64,000 nt of DNA from Callorhinchus milii (taxonomy: Eukaryota), in NCBI RefSeq assembly GCF_018977255.1, contig NW_024704743.1, positions 101,310,001-101,374,000 of the forward strand. Direction: 5' to 3'. Made by a program: the position numbers and the translations under genes. How positions within the stretch are numbered: position 1 is the stretch's first letter; every line of letters begins with the position of its first letter. Of this stretch, positions 1-12,151 are shown piece by piece. The notes beneath the pieces are model-generated. The model saw nothing but the letters and a program-made list of their open reading frames with translations, was not told where the DNA came from and made no database searches.

Positions 1-642
1 AACTATCACATGTCCTTTTCCTTGGGAACTGCCATAGGAACTAATGGACTGTTGAATAAGTCAGCATTGCCCGCTGTTTAATTAGCTGATGCTTTCCCTT
101 CTATTGGCAAACTGGTTTTCAGGGAGGGAGTGATACTGCTTTGCACTTTTATACCTGTCAATGTGTTATTATTCCCCATTTGAACATTAATGAGAAGCCT
201 GCTTGCACACCCCAGTGAATCAATACAAGACGGTCAAAATGCTTCTCACAGTAAGAAACAAAATGGGACCACGTCTCTGCCTGCGAAACTGGGCTCGATC
301 TCCTGCTGATACCTTTCTGCATTCACAATATTTTCCCAATAAACTTTAAAGGAAGAGTTTTTATTATATAAAGGAAATGGTACCTAACCCTCAAAATTTG
401 AAAGCAGGTTACACAAAACTAGTTTTAATATATTTTTACTGTATTTCTTCCAAATTGATTTTTTAATCTGAAATAATAAATGAGAGATTGGAACATTGTG
501 TAATCAATATACAAATAGATATAATACCATTCGAGGAATAAAATACAAATTGGATTAGAGAGGACTAGTCAATTCAATAAGTCCAGACTTAAAGTACAGA
601 CCCAGCCATATTCTTATCAGTGTTATGTTTTCTTATTTTTAG

Positions 643-691
643 AAAAGCTGTTTTACTGGTTGGTCCATAGTTTTATACCCATAGCACTCAG
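643..691 (+). other. Candidate internal exon of an unidentified transcript
   Basis: Acceptor gttttcttatttttag| and donor cag|gtattt. One open frame reads KLFYWLVHSFIPIALR and is phase-compatible with 1599-1704. No homology recognised. Confidence 0.2.
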
Positions 692-1598
692 GTATTTGCA
701 GAACCACTATTGATTTGGGTACAGCCCCATAGCTATAAAATTTGATAAATGCGTTACTTATTAACTTTTCTGGAGGTCATTTGTTTGTTTCTCATAGGTT
801 ATTTTAGAAGCTCCCACAAATCCTGAAATCAGCATTATTGATTTTTTTTGTTGCTGAAACTCTTAATGATGATGTGTCAGCCTTAAAGTGGCCACTCCAA
901 GGTCAATAGTTCATTTGTACACTGCATTCTGGGAATGGAAAAGGTTTAAACTCTAGAGTTGAGTTGCGTTGGGGGGGGGGGATATTTTTTCAAAGGGAAA
1001 ACTCATTGATGTTTTGTAAGTTGGATATTGTCTACTGTGGCATTGCTGTCCATTTAGTGTTTCCTTTTTAACCAGTTTTTGCAGTGAAGTCTGCGCGGTT
1101 GGGATTAGTAGCCAGACAGAGCAGGTCCCAGGCCTCTGCCTTGTTGTTCGTGATTTACTGAGTGTAACAATATCACATGAGTCCAGTGGGACAAGCTGAC
1201 AACAGGGCTTGTGCTGCATAGCTACTGATTACAGTAACATTTCCACACCTAGAAAAAACTGTTTTAACTTGCCTGCCTCACCCTTATTAAGAATATCAAC
1301 TGTTCAATTGTACCAGCAAACAAAAATGAAGAGCTTGAAGAACACGTTTGAATAATATAGAAACAAACCTAAATCATAAAATGAAACATTTTTATTAAAA
1401 TGTTATTAAATAGGAAAAAAAACAATAGAAGCTCCAATTGGATTTCAGATATATTATCTCTTTCAATTGTCTACTTCCTGATAAATCTGAGCGGGAGGGC
1501 AGAACATTGTTTTGGCACTTATGCTGCAAATGTTAAACCCTTGTAGGTTTTGTGGTTTTCGATATTTGGTACAAGAATTATCAGTAAAATCTCCACAG

Positions 1599-1704
1599 AT
1601 GCCTTATATTGGGAAGCAATTGTATCAAATGTCTCCATGGCCCTGAAGACTGTACAAACTGGTTCAAACAGATCATGGATGACTTTTCTTCTGAAGGCAT
1701 TGGT
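1599..1704 (+). other. Candidate internal exon of an unidentified transcript
   Basis: Acceptor ctccacag| (alternative ttgtag| at 1546) and strong donor |gtaagt at 1705. Open frame CLILGSNCIKCLHGPEDCTNWFKQIMDDFSSEGIG. No homology recognised. Confidence 0.25.
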
Positions 1705-3112
1705 GTAAGTTTATTGTGTGCCTGTTCTCAGCACACGTAAATTGAATCTCTCTGCTCTTCACAAGGATTTCTGATCCAGATTCCATTAGGAATCGTTAGG
1801 AACACAGTGAAGTGAGAGAGCCATGGATCGGGCTTACACTGTCAGTGTTAACTGTTTGATTTAACAATTGCATTTACCCAGCCTCTATCATTCTACACTA
1901 AAGGACAGAGGGAGTTTTTTGTTGCTTTATCTATCATTATGAATAGTTCATTTTGAAGATGTGTGTGAATAACAGGTTTTCTGAACTATAATTGAGCATT
2001 ATCAAAGTGCACTAAACTAACCCACACCCAGAACATCAACTCCAATGTTTTGTAAACTGGGTCAATGATATATGGCTGTCCAACACTGATGTTACTCATG
2101 GAAAACTTTTCACCTGGGATCTTCCTTAAGGGATCAGCTGGGGTAACTGTTTTGTGAGGAGCACAGAGCAGGCTGGTCCCAGGCTTGATCCCTGAGTTAT
2201 AGTGAAATACCTGCTAGAACCTGCTTAATGATTAGATTCAAGCAATTGTCCTCATTCTAACCCAAACCCCTAGTAGGGGGTCGAGTTACTAATTGTGATA
2301 CAATTGACCTGTGGATCTCAATGGAGGAGAAGATGAGAGATCTTCCCTCCTTCCCCCCCACCCCACTCAAAAGCCTGCCACAACTCTACCTACGGTCACC
2401 CAATGTAAATGGACACCTGGTAAGGCAGTGGATGGCAGGCGGTACCTATGCAACCATACCCCAGGAAAGTGTTGGTGCCTTTAGGAGGGGAAGGAAGAAA
2501 ATAAACATCCCTTATCACCATTCTTCTGATCTTTTACTGTTTTCATTTGTGGACCAGGCTGGACTTATGTCTTCACCAGAGCAAGACACCGGCTGGCTCT
2601 ACATCTGCGTGAGAACTACCAGGAGGTTGGAGTAAAATGTTTTACATTTTTCCATCTGTCTACAATTTGCCACAGATCCAGGCTTCCCTTTCCTAACATC
2701 TTTCATATCAGCACTATTCAACATTCTAGACACTGAAAACAGCATTAAAAAAACAAGTAACATTTGAATATCAAAAATACCACTAAGCCGCCCTGGGTGT
2801 GCTGGATCCCCTAGACAGGGGATGGATTCATTGGGCTTTGAAGCTGATCAATGTCTTGATCAAGTAACTCCTGTGTGGGGGGATGGGTGGGAGAGCGAAG
2901 GTGGGTGTTGGTGCATGTCAGGTGAGGAAGAAACCGGCTTGAGTGTGATTTCCCCTCCTCCCTTCTAACCCCCTCCCCAACTGTGGTTGATTAGCACTCA
3001 CTATCCACTCTCTCACATGAATGATGGGCACCAAAGACCATTCAATGTCTGGGAAATTATACCATCGTAGAGGAAAAAAAGGGTCAATGCTTTCAATCAA
3101 AAATATATCCTA

Positions 3113-3385
3113 TTTTTTGGGCAGCTGGATGTCTGACACAAGGGGAAACCTAGCATCATGCTTAAGAGTATCCAAACCAAACTGAGACTTCCATGCATCC
3201 CACCTACACATGGAAATTCCAGGGATAGATAGTTGGAATGGAACGTGCATTCTCTCCCTGGAGGGATGCATCCTGCTTATATATTCTGAAGATGATAAGA
3301 TGTAGGTTGGCAAGAGCCAAGACTTGGGGACCCTAGAATGTTACGGTACTTCTGGAGTCTAACCAGCTAAAACTGCATATTTTAT
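3113..3385. repeat. Unclassified dispersed repeat, copy 1
   Basis: Collinear with 39033-39312 (agagtatccaaaccaa, gcatcccacctacac, ctggagtctaaccagctaaaac). Confidence 0.85.
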
Positions 3386-3469
3386 CTGGCAAGTTTCCTG
3401 CTGCTCGTCCAGCTAGAACCACCCTACGAGTTGGGGCTTTGGCTTTTAGGGTTAACCTGGCACCTCCGA

Positions 3470-3600
3470 CAATGCGACCTACCCCCAGCATTGCATTGGA
3501 GTGTCAGCTTAGACTATGTAATTCCAAATCCCGACTTGGAACTTGAACCCGCATCCTTCTGATTCAGAGGCGAGAGTGCTACTGCTGAGCCACTCTGACA
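3470..3600 (-). mobile_element. tRNA-headed SINE 5' part (family B, SacSINE/AmnSINE-like)
   Basis: Reverse complement reads tgtcagagtggctcagcagtagcactctcgcctctgaatcagaagg...ggttcaagttcc, with A- and B-box-like motifs. Confidence 0.8.
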
Positions 3601-4072
3601 CACTCCGAGGAGGCCGTGCTTTGCAGTGTCCGCCAGGGTTTGATACACTACTCTGTCCTTCCTGTCACCCAGGGTCTAGCTTGAGGTCGAGTGTTCAGTC
3701 TATTTAGTCTTGCTAGGTAAGATTTTGCTGTTTGGATTTCTTGCCTGCTTTACACACCATTATTACTTAATGATCATGAACTGTCATCACAATTGCTTTG
3801 ACAGGTGACAGTGATGAATTAGCCCAAAGGAGGGAGGGGGCAATCACTGTATCTAAAATAAAGTTTATTTAAGGCTTTTCCACCCTGTTCCTAATTGTTT
3901 TCTAAATTTAAGCTTTGCAGTTGCTAGCTAGTAAAATGTTCCCAGACATCTCTTTTTGCTGAGTGAGAACTATTAGGAATATGTAATTCTGCCTTTTTGA
4001 GAAACAACCTGACTTGTTAAAGTGACAGAACATTTTGTCACTTCTTGCAGTGACAGTGGCAACTTAGATTTC

Positions 4073-4480
4073 TCAGCCTGGCTCACTTGGTAGCACTGTC
4101 ACTGAGTCAGAGGGTGCGGGTTCAAACCCCATAGCTGGACTCTGAACTCACAGTCCAGGCGGACATTCCATGCAGTGTTGGGAGACGGCTTTATTGTTGG
4201 AGGTGCCTTCCATTGGATGACACGTTTAAATCAGGATCCTCGCTGCTTGTTTGGGTAGGCATTAAAGGTCTGAAAAGGGACAGGGGTTTCTCCCAATATC
4301 CTATCCAACAATCCACCAGATAAAATTGATCAGTCACTTCACACTGTTTGTGGGACATTGCTGTGCACAAATTGGCTGCCACATCCACCTTCAAAATCCA
4401 CAGTCATTACATTTTACAATAAATCCAGTGAAGCGCTCTAGACACGAAAGGCACAATATCAAAAGCATAGGTTATTATTA
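4073..4480 (+). mobile_element. DeuSINE-like element (family B), near full length
   Basis: Head tcagcctggctcacttggtagcac...ggttcaaaccc, Deu-like block gctgtgcacaaattggctgcc, L2-type tail ending (tta)n. Confidence 0.85.
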
Positions 4481-5124
4481 TAATAATTTCTGGTCTCATG
4501 CCATTTCGTGAGACAGCTCACTGCTAGTACCCAATCTCACTGTCCAGTCCAAACATTGCTCAGGGCATTGTTATACTAGGGAGACTAGTGCAGGTCACAT
4601 CTACAAGAATCTTGTGTTAATAATGATTACTTGGAGTGATTGGTGCCTGAGTAGCCATGTCCCAGTGTAGGGGGGAAAAAGTCAAATTCTTTCAGGAGGA
4701 AAAAAAATCAAGGGAACATTAGTGCATTTGCACAGAGTCAAGATTCTGCTGTGGCTCTATCCTGGTCCTACTGTGACATAGCAGTCTGGTCACATTTGCA
4801 TTATCCTGTTTACACTGAGAGATCGAATGAAGTTCGCATTTGTTGATTTGAACTGAATTTGATCTCCCCAGTGTTTACACTGCTCTGAGGCAGTATGTGG
4901 ACTGGAGACTGAGTTTGGGAACAATCAGTGAGCTGTTCCAACCCACGGTGTGAGACCCCAAATTCCTCCTGTTCTGAGTCTGATAAGTCAATTCTATTAC
5001 AATTTAAGATTTCACAGCATTTCTTAATTCAGCTTTAATTTGGAATGGGGTTGTCTGGAGAAAATGTTGTTTATATGGTGAGTGCAGTGCCTATGCCATT
5101 GGCTACAGGGTTACAGCCCTTTTC

Positions 5125-5285
5125 AACATAAGAACATAAGAATTAGGAGCAGGAATAGGCCATTTGGCCCCTCGAGCCTGCCCCGCCATTCAGTAAGATC
5201 ATGGCTGATCTATTCTAACTCACGCCTTATCCCGATATCCCTTTATCCACACGAAATCTATCAATCTCAGTTTAAACACGTTTAT
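5125..5285 (-). mobile_element. CR1-type LINE 3' tail
   Basis: aacataagaacataagaa (reverse of the (ttcttatg)n terminal octamer) followed by ggagcaggaataggccatttggcccctcgagcctg, typical of chondrichthyan CR1 3' ends. Confidence 0.8.
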
Positions 5286-5886
5286 AAAGAATTCCATATA
5301 ATCTTTGTTTTCCCATCAACTTTTCTCCTCCATTCTTCTCCTCTCACCACTATTGTTCTCCTCTCACCACCTCTCCCAAAGATGTTTGACGTTTTCTTTC
5401 CACTGAGGCCCATGATTCCATGTCATTGGGCTCCCTCCAGGACCTGACTCAGGTGATCATCATTTATCAATGAGCTGTGCTAGTGATTCTTGGCATTCCC
5501 ATCCCCCTACAGGACCTTCACAGCTGAGCCTTGACCACCTCACAGACACAATTTAGAGTACTGGAATGTGATCAGGAGTGGTCACCCTGGCTGATTTCCA
5601 CCTCCTTTACCTCGGGGCATTGGGGTCAATTATAAGATCTCACCTGCTGCCCGAGTTGAATTCAGCCAAATCAGCACAGAGCAGGATGCCAACCGGTGAT
5701 CTTCTGGTCTGTCTACCCTAATGCTGCACTCACTACTGCCTTTATCGAGGGAGCTTGCTATCTTATTTTTACGGCTCAGAACAGTTTATTTGTTGAGTTC
5801 TTTCGAAATTAACATGGAACTGATTTATAAATAACTTCTTTACTCCCAGCCATTCCTAATTTACCATTATAAGAAACATCAGCATT

Positions 5887-6091
5887 GGCTTGAAAATCCA
5901 CCCAGTCTTAGATGTAAAACCATCTTGTAAAACATAAGATCATGCAGAATTGTGGAAATTTTTTATCTTTAGTGCTACTTTGGAAGCTGTATTTCTGAGG
6001 CTTTTAGTAGTTCCTAATTAAGATTGAATTTAATCATTTTAAACAATTCCGTGCAATCTTAAGTTTTAAAGCTAGGTGAACTTTCAGGCCT
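5887..6091. mobile_element. Palindromic MITE (family P)
   Basis: Imperfect inverted ends ggcttgaaaatccacccag ... ctaggtgaactttcaggcc. Core taagatcatgcagaattgtggaa is shared with other copies. Confidence 0.7.
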
Positions 6092-6533
6092 CAATGTTGT
6101 AATGTTTGCTGTGTTTTATAACCTGTTGAGTATTAATTAACCCAGTAATGTGGCATCATACCTTACTTTACAAGGCGATAACTAACCTATCAATCAGTTG
6201 AGCTGCTCACGTGCTCTGTTACCCAGCACATCCTCTGACCTGTTGTGATTCAAATCTTCAATAAACAATTTACAAGAAACTTACTTGATACTAAATAATA
6301 GTTTTGAATCAGGGATTCCCTCACACTCCAGTATTGTGATGGGACGGGAATGCGGGGGTGGTGGTTGCAGTAGAGAATGACGTGTGGAATAGGAGTAGGG
6401 TAGAGCCAGCTATTATTGAAAAAAACATTCTAATTCCTCTCCTGTTATCTGAGGGTTCTGTAGTATTGATCCTCAGGAATCAGTTGCCAAAGTGTACAAT
6501 TTGTATTTATATAACAACAACTTGCATTTATAT

Positions 6534-6640
6534 ATGAAACAAAAACAGAGAGAGCTGGGAAAACTCAGCAGGTCAGGCAGCATCTATGAAGAAAGGAAAG
6601 TGAGTCAATGTTTCGGGTCCACGACCCTTCGTCAGAACAG
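6534..6640 (-). mobile_element. Penelope-like terminal repeat remnant with hammerhead ribozyme core
   Basis: Minus strand reads CTGACGA-a-gggtc-gtg-gaccc-GAAA-cattgactca. It lies next to the shark-type motif aaacaaaaacag...gctgggaaaactcagcaggtcaggcagcatct. Confidence 0.75.
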
Positions 6641-7671
6641 TTCGTCAGCTAGCACCCTAGCTGTTGAGAATGGCTAGTGGGATTCAAACCTGTGACTTTC
6701 TTGTGTGCACACCCTAGGGTCGTTATTATATCCACTGCCTTCACCAACAAGGACATCAGAGCAGCCCGCAACCCATACTTTTTCAGATAGACAGTAATAT
6801 TACACTGGAATGTAATTTAACTGTGTCTGGGTGTTGGGTCGGTGCAGGAGTTATTAATGTCCACATAAACACAGTTCTGTTAGGTTGGAGACCAATGAAT
6901 GAGCCCTGCTGTTCATCACCCAGTCTTTCCTGATGATGGTGACTGTGAATGTTGTTCCTGGCAATTCCCTGGAGAGTGGCCCAGTATGAAACCTCCAAGC
7001 TCAGGGATTCCGAGGCCTCTGATCCAGCACAGAGATAAAGAAAGAAAGCTGACCGTGAGAGTGGCCAGAATATGCCATCTGAGACAGAGGTCAGCTACAG
7101 GTCAGCCTGAGGTGAGAGAAAAGAATATCGGGGTTTATCTGTGATTATCTGCCGAGGACGGGTACAGGTATGGGAGAGACCACTGCTGTGTCTTCGGCAG
7201 TGAAGGTGTTTGTCAAGGACAAATGGTGAATAGGTCACAAATCAAACAAACGGAGAACTACAGAGGCATTGCTTTTAGATACCTGGACGGATTACTCTAG
7301 AGCAGTGTGTGCAAACACAGAGGAGTACATAAAACTACTGTTAAAACATCTGAAGACATTGTCTCCTAGATAACAATGGTCTGTGCCAATGCGAGGTGCA
7401 GTGTTGTTCTAGTAAATGAATATATTGCAAATGCAAGCACAAGCTCTGAGTGGTACTATTGTTTATCTAAACAACTTGAATATAATTGGAGTCACTCAGA
7501 CTAGCAGTGGGGGTGGTGACAGAGATAAATCAAACCATTCTGCAATGGGCTGGTGTGAATGGGGGTGGGGTGGGGGTGGAGACACTATTCTTTTGATTGG
7601 TTTACTTAAACTGGATTTACATAGAAAAACAGTTAGAGAATATTTGTTGTCATTTACAGATTAACTCCATT

Positions 7672-7955
7672 TCAAGGTTGCTAAGCCTCCAGCTCTTCTG
7701 CCTCTACCATATTCAACTCCCCTAACCCCCCACCCCTACATCCCACCATCTGCTCCTCTGGCTCACACCCTCTCTACCCATTTTTAAATCCCACCTTAAA
7801 ACTTAAACCCTACCTCTTCGACGGTATCCTATGGTCACCTCTCCCTTCCACCCTCTTCTCTTCTTTCTCTTCTCCTTTACTCAGTGTCTGATCACATCAT
7901 TGTATAGTGCTCTGAGACATTATCCAACGTGAAGAACGTTGTATAAATGTTGTTG
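7672..7955 (+). mobile_element. Old L2 LINE 3' fragment
   Basis: C-rich 3' region (ttaaaacttaaaccctacctcttcgac) and tail gctctgagaca...gtgaag...tataaatgttgttg. Confidence 0.65.
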
Positions 7956-8169
7956 TGAAATTCAAAACATTTTGGAAAGAGCAGAGGTGGATGATGTTCT
8001 TGTGAGGCCATCACCCAAATTACTTGAATGGACTTACCAACTGAGATGGGTGTCCAAACAATGGTTACGTGCCACTTGAAATCACTTGTTTTACTTGTGT
8101 GGATTTATTCGGAAAGTACAAATACCACATCAGAGGAGGACAACTCATGTAACAAACCCATGTAAACAA

Positions 8170-8464
8170 ACTTGTTTTCTATAAATAATAATCCTTGTAT
8201 TTAACATAGTCCCCAATTTTTTGTTATCTGGGGAATCATCAACTAGGATGAGAAGAAACTCCTTTCTCTTTTTGAATCATGCCATGGGATCTTTAATGTC
8301 GAATTGAACTGGGTTTAACATCTCATCTGGAAGACAATGCAGCTCTCCTTCAGCATTGCATTGGAGTGTCAACCTAGACTATGAGCACAAAGTGTCAATG
8401 TGAGGCTTCAACACGCAACCTTCTGCCTCAGAAGCAAAAGTGCTACCATCTGATCCAAGCTAAC
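8170..8464 (-). mobile_element. SINE family B fragment
   Basis: gccatgggatctttaatgtc, gcattggagtgtcaacctagact and ttctgcctcagaagcaaaagtgctacc match other family B copies in reverse. Confidence 0.7.
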
Positions 8465-8478
8465 ATAATGTCCTAAAT

Positions 8479-8724
8479 AGAAGTCACTTGCTGAATACTC
8501 AGCAGGTTAGGCAGCATCTATGGAGAAAAGAAAGTGAATCAATGTTTTGGGTCCACGACCCTTCATCTGAACTCAGGCATGTTGGGAGGGAGAGGCTTTT
8601 AAGGGCTCTGTTGGCCCTTAAACGCTAACAGAGCCCTCCATAGATGCCGTCTGACTTGCTTAGTGTTCCCAGCGACTTCTGTTTTTGTTTCAGATTTCTA
8701 GTATCTGCAGTATTTTGCGTTTTA
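8479..8724. mobile_element. Penelope-like insertion with inverted terminal-repeat halves and 14-bp TSD
   Basis: TSD ataatgtcctaaat at 8465-8478 and 8725-8738. Two inverted copies of the cagcaggt(c/t)aggcagcatctatggag motif. Decayed hammerhead core on the minus strand. Confidence 0.8.
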
Positions 8725-9029
8725 ATAATGTCCTAAATGTTGTGTTATTAACTCCTAACCATGTAGTGAATGGCCATTTTTTTTTCCTTTAGGGGATTGC
8801 TAGCCAGGACACTGGAATTTAACTGGCAATGTCCTCCATTCTGACCCAAATATTTAACTACCAAAGTAATGCATTTTTCATTTCTGGAAAGGGATTGTAA
8901 GTANTTTTTTACACAAGCAGTGAACTGATGACATCTTAGGGAAACTGACTGGGAGACGTTATCAAGTCTGGGAGTGTGAAAATGCAGAGCTAACATGTTC
9001 CAGCTGAACTGACATGGTGGCAGAAATAA

Positions 9030-9125
9030 AATTGAGAAAAACAGAACCGCACAGCAGGTCGATCAGCATCTGAAAGAGAAAGACGGGGTAACGGACTTGT
9101 AAGTGAGAAGCTTCATCAGAACTGT
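9030..9125 (-). mobile_element. Old Penelope-like terminal repeat remnant
   Basis: acagcaggtcgatcagcatctgaaagagaaag ... cttcatcagaact (minus strand agttCTGATGAag). Confidence 0.55.
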
Positions 9126-9264
9126 AATGATTGAGCAGGAGAAGTCCCTTTACAAGATTAAATGAAGAGCCCACTTCAACCATATCTCTCTTGTGGTCTT
9201 ATGACCTTGACAAGGGACCAGATCAAGAAAAAGTTAATCATTTATAATAATGTTAATCCCCATA

Positions 9265-9746
9265 CAGTAAAATCCTGTTAATTGAATACTCAATTTGACA
9301 GTAAAAATTATTTAATAAACCCAAATTATTCATATAACCGGACAAAGCATAAATGGAAACGTGAGTGCTGGAGCTCGAGTCACAAGTTCTCCAACGGTAC
9401 AGGAACTGGAAGCGCTCTCCTCCACCAATCAGACATGTCCTCATTTGCACTTGACCAACTAAGTAAGGCGAGGGGAGGAAGGAGGAGAGGACACTGACGA
9501 CGTTTGCGTTGTACTGTAGAAGGTAGTGATTTGGGATGATGTGTTTATCCAGACTCAGATTCATTGTTTTGGATACGAATGGTCACGTGGAAAATTATTC
9601 AATAAACCAGAAATATTCATATATCCAGTATTCAATTAACCAATCTATATTGTCAGAATAGGCAGAAAATGGTTTGGGATTTCTAAATTTTATTCAATAA
9701 ACTGAACTATTCAATTATCCGATATTCAATTAACTGAATTTTACAA
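9265..9746. mobile_element. Non-autonomous Tc1/mariner-superfamily (pogo/Tigger-like) DNA transposon
   Basis: TA|cagtaaaatcctgttaattgaata ... tattcaattaactgaattttacaa|TA. The 24-bp TIRs match at 20/24 by eye, with TA on both flanks and repeated subterminal tattcaat(a/t)a(a/t)c motifs. Confidence 0.8.
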
Positions 9747-11485
9747 TATATGATACAATGCATTTCACGTCAGACAGACATGCCAAAGCAGTTCACAATA
9801 TATTGTAAAATGGAGTGACTGTGTATTTTGTGGGTGAACGTAGCAGCCAATTTTTGTGCACAGCAGTTTCCCACAAACAGTGTAATAAATAAATAGAAAT
9901 TGCTTTGCTAAGTGTGAATTTTCACCCTATGTTTGAAAATACTCTACAGCATTTTCTGGTATTATTTCTGATTTTCAGCATTTGTATCTCTTTCGAGCCC
10001 TGCCTAGATTGCTAAGTACCTTGTTATTTACTATATCTACTGGTCTTTCACTCTGTCAAAATCAATATTTCTTCCAAACCCAGGTGAATAATATTTATCA
10101 GCACTGCAGTCTAACTTACACTGATAGATAGCAAGTGAAGATTGCTTGAATACTTCTATAATGGGATTTCCCACTATAAAGATGTAACAAATATGTTACT
10201 ATTTTTATCGATCAGGGTAAGATAATCCTTATTGTTCTTATCTTTTGTATTTTTCCTTTCCATTTTAGACTCTGACTCTAAGTCACTTTCAACTGTAAAT
10301 CCTGACATGCCCAAGGACCTCTCTATCTCTGTGACTTTCTCCTTCCTTCTGCACTCCGCTCGGCTAACTGAGACCTGATACTCATCCTCCCTCTCCACAA
10401 CACCATCAGTGGATGAGTCTTCAGCCACTATGTTCCTAACCTTCCTCTACCCCTCCGTATCAGCCCCTCTCTATCTGCCTTTAAATCATAATCACCTCCC
10501 CCTTGTCCTCACTCAGCATCCAATCTTGTCTTTGTGAACCTCTCCGAAACATCCTGCACGAAGGGTGCAAGTTGTTGTTGCTTTGGAGATTAACTTCAGT
10601 TGAATAGGTAGGAATCGACAGTAGGTACATTTATAGTCTATTATGGGTCCATTAAACCAATGGTTTAAATGCCTTAAAAGATTTGACACACACGTAAAAC
10701 TTGACTGAAATGTTCATGTTAAAAATAAAATCTATAGTAAAAGGCACTCCCCTGTGGTCTGTAGAGTTTTATCCTAATGTATTTTGTCACAATTGCTCTG
10801 ATGATGGTTCATTGCTGTTACACCAGCTTAAATGTGCAGGGCTCTCAAAATGTTTGATTCTTTGTTTATAAAGCAGACTTGAAATCTACAAGGAGATATC
10901 TCTGGAAAATGAACACCGCAGCTCACAGAACAATTCTAAGCTGCAGTTTGAAAGGATTCCAATGGCATTTCCACTACACAGTGAAGGAAATGTCCTTGCA
11001 AGTCAATATAGACCAAATATAGCTTGCACACATCTGGAAAACTCACTTCCTGTCACCTGTAAACAGAGAAAGAGTTTTAGAATGTCTCATATAGAAATGT
11101 CACATCACCCACCACCTTTAGACATTGACTGTCAGATCTCAATAAGCCAGGATTGTTCTCACACATCTGCAAATTGATTATAGTCAACCAGTGCTTACAC
11201 AGCCAGGACATTGGACTCATTTAACAAATAGCTTGATTCTGAAATGGAAAGAAGGTGGAGTGGGTATTCTGGATTGAAGGGACTTTGTGTGATCTTGTGT
11301 GATGATAAATTTTCTCTTGGTCTGTGGTGAGCTGTGGAGAATTTGATGAGGGGAGTTTAGGGGAAATTGAAGAATAATCTTAATGAAATAAAATCCCTCA
11401 AGTCCCTTCACCTATCAACTTTGTTGATATGTCCACAACATCTTTTACACTTCATAAAAGACACATTAGCACATATCTTCATTGG

Positions 11486-11900
11486 CTCTATTAAGTTAAA
11501 AATACTCAAGGCCCTCCATGTTCTTGCCCCCTCCTACCTCTCTGACCTGCTAACCCCTTATCATCCTGTCCACTGTCTCCGCTCAGCAGGCTGCTCCATG
11601 TCCCCTGCCCAGCCCACCCCACCATCGGTGATCGGTCCTTCAGCCTCCCTGTCCCCACCCTCTGGAACTCCATCCCACATTCCCTTCACCTCACTCCCTC
11701 CCTTGCCTCCTTCAAGGCACACCTCAAGACCCTCCTCTTCAACCGTGCCTTTGGACACCCTGGTACCCTCTCTGCCCTCCACCCTCCCTGATCCCAACCC
11801 CCCCCCTCCCCGCTCGGGTCCTAATCCCTGACTGTTCAGTGCCTTTGGGACGTCTTCCTGACGTGAAATGTACAAATGTAATTTTGTATTGTATTGTATC
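11486..11900 (+). mobile_element. L2 LINE 3' fragment
   Basis: Translates LKALHVLAPSYLSDLLTPYHPVHCLRS (L2 ORF2 C-terminus), then a C-rich 3' UTR and tail gcctttgggacgtcttcctgacgtgaaa. Confidence 0.9.
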
Positions 11901-11975
11901 ATTTACATGAACAGAAACTTTAGTAAATGTTCACCAATAACCAGACCCGTTTATGTTGAACAATACATTTTCCTA

Positions 11976-12151
11976 AAAAAATGGTAAAATACTGCAGATG
12001 CTGGAAATCTGAAATAAAAACTGAAGTCGCTGGGAACACGCAGCAGGTCAGACCTTTTGTTCTGACGTCATCCACGTGAAACATTAAATCACATTCCTCT
12101 CTCCCTATATGCTGCCTGACCTGCTGCATGTTCCCAGCAACTTCAGTTTTT
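11976..12151. mobile_element. Penelope-like insertion with 36-bp inverted arms and 14-bp TSD
   Basis: TSD aatacattttccta at 11962-11975 and 12152-12165. Arms 12016-12051 and 12116-12151 are near-perfect inverted repeats. Internal ttCTGACG...GAAAcatt hammerhead remnant. Confidence 0.85.

Noticed and set aside
6899..7144. 81-aa ORF and exon-like purine-rich sequence
   Set aside because: No recognisable domain, stops in the more protein-like frames, and no consistent splice pair.
9580..9746. Regularly recurring tattcaat motifs as a CRISPR-like array
   Set aside because: The repeats are short, degenerate and irregularly spaced inside a TIR element in eukaryotic DNA, and there are no cas genes.
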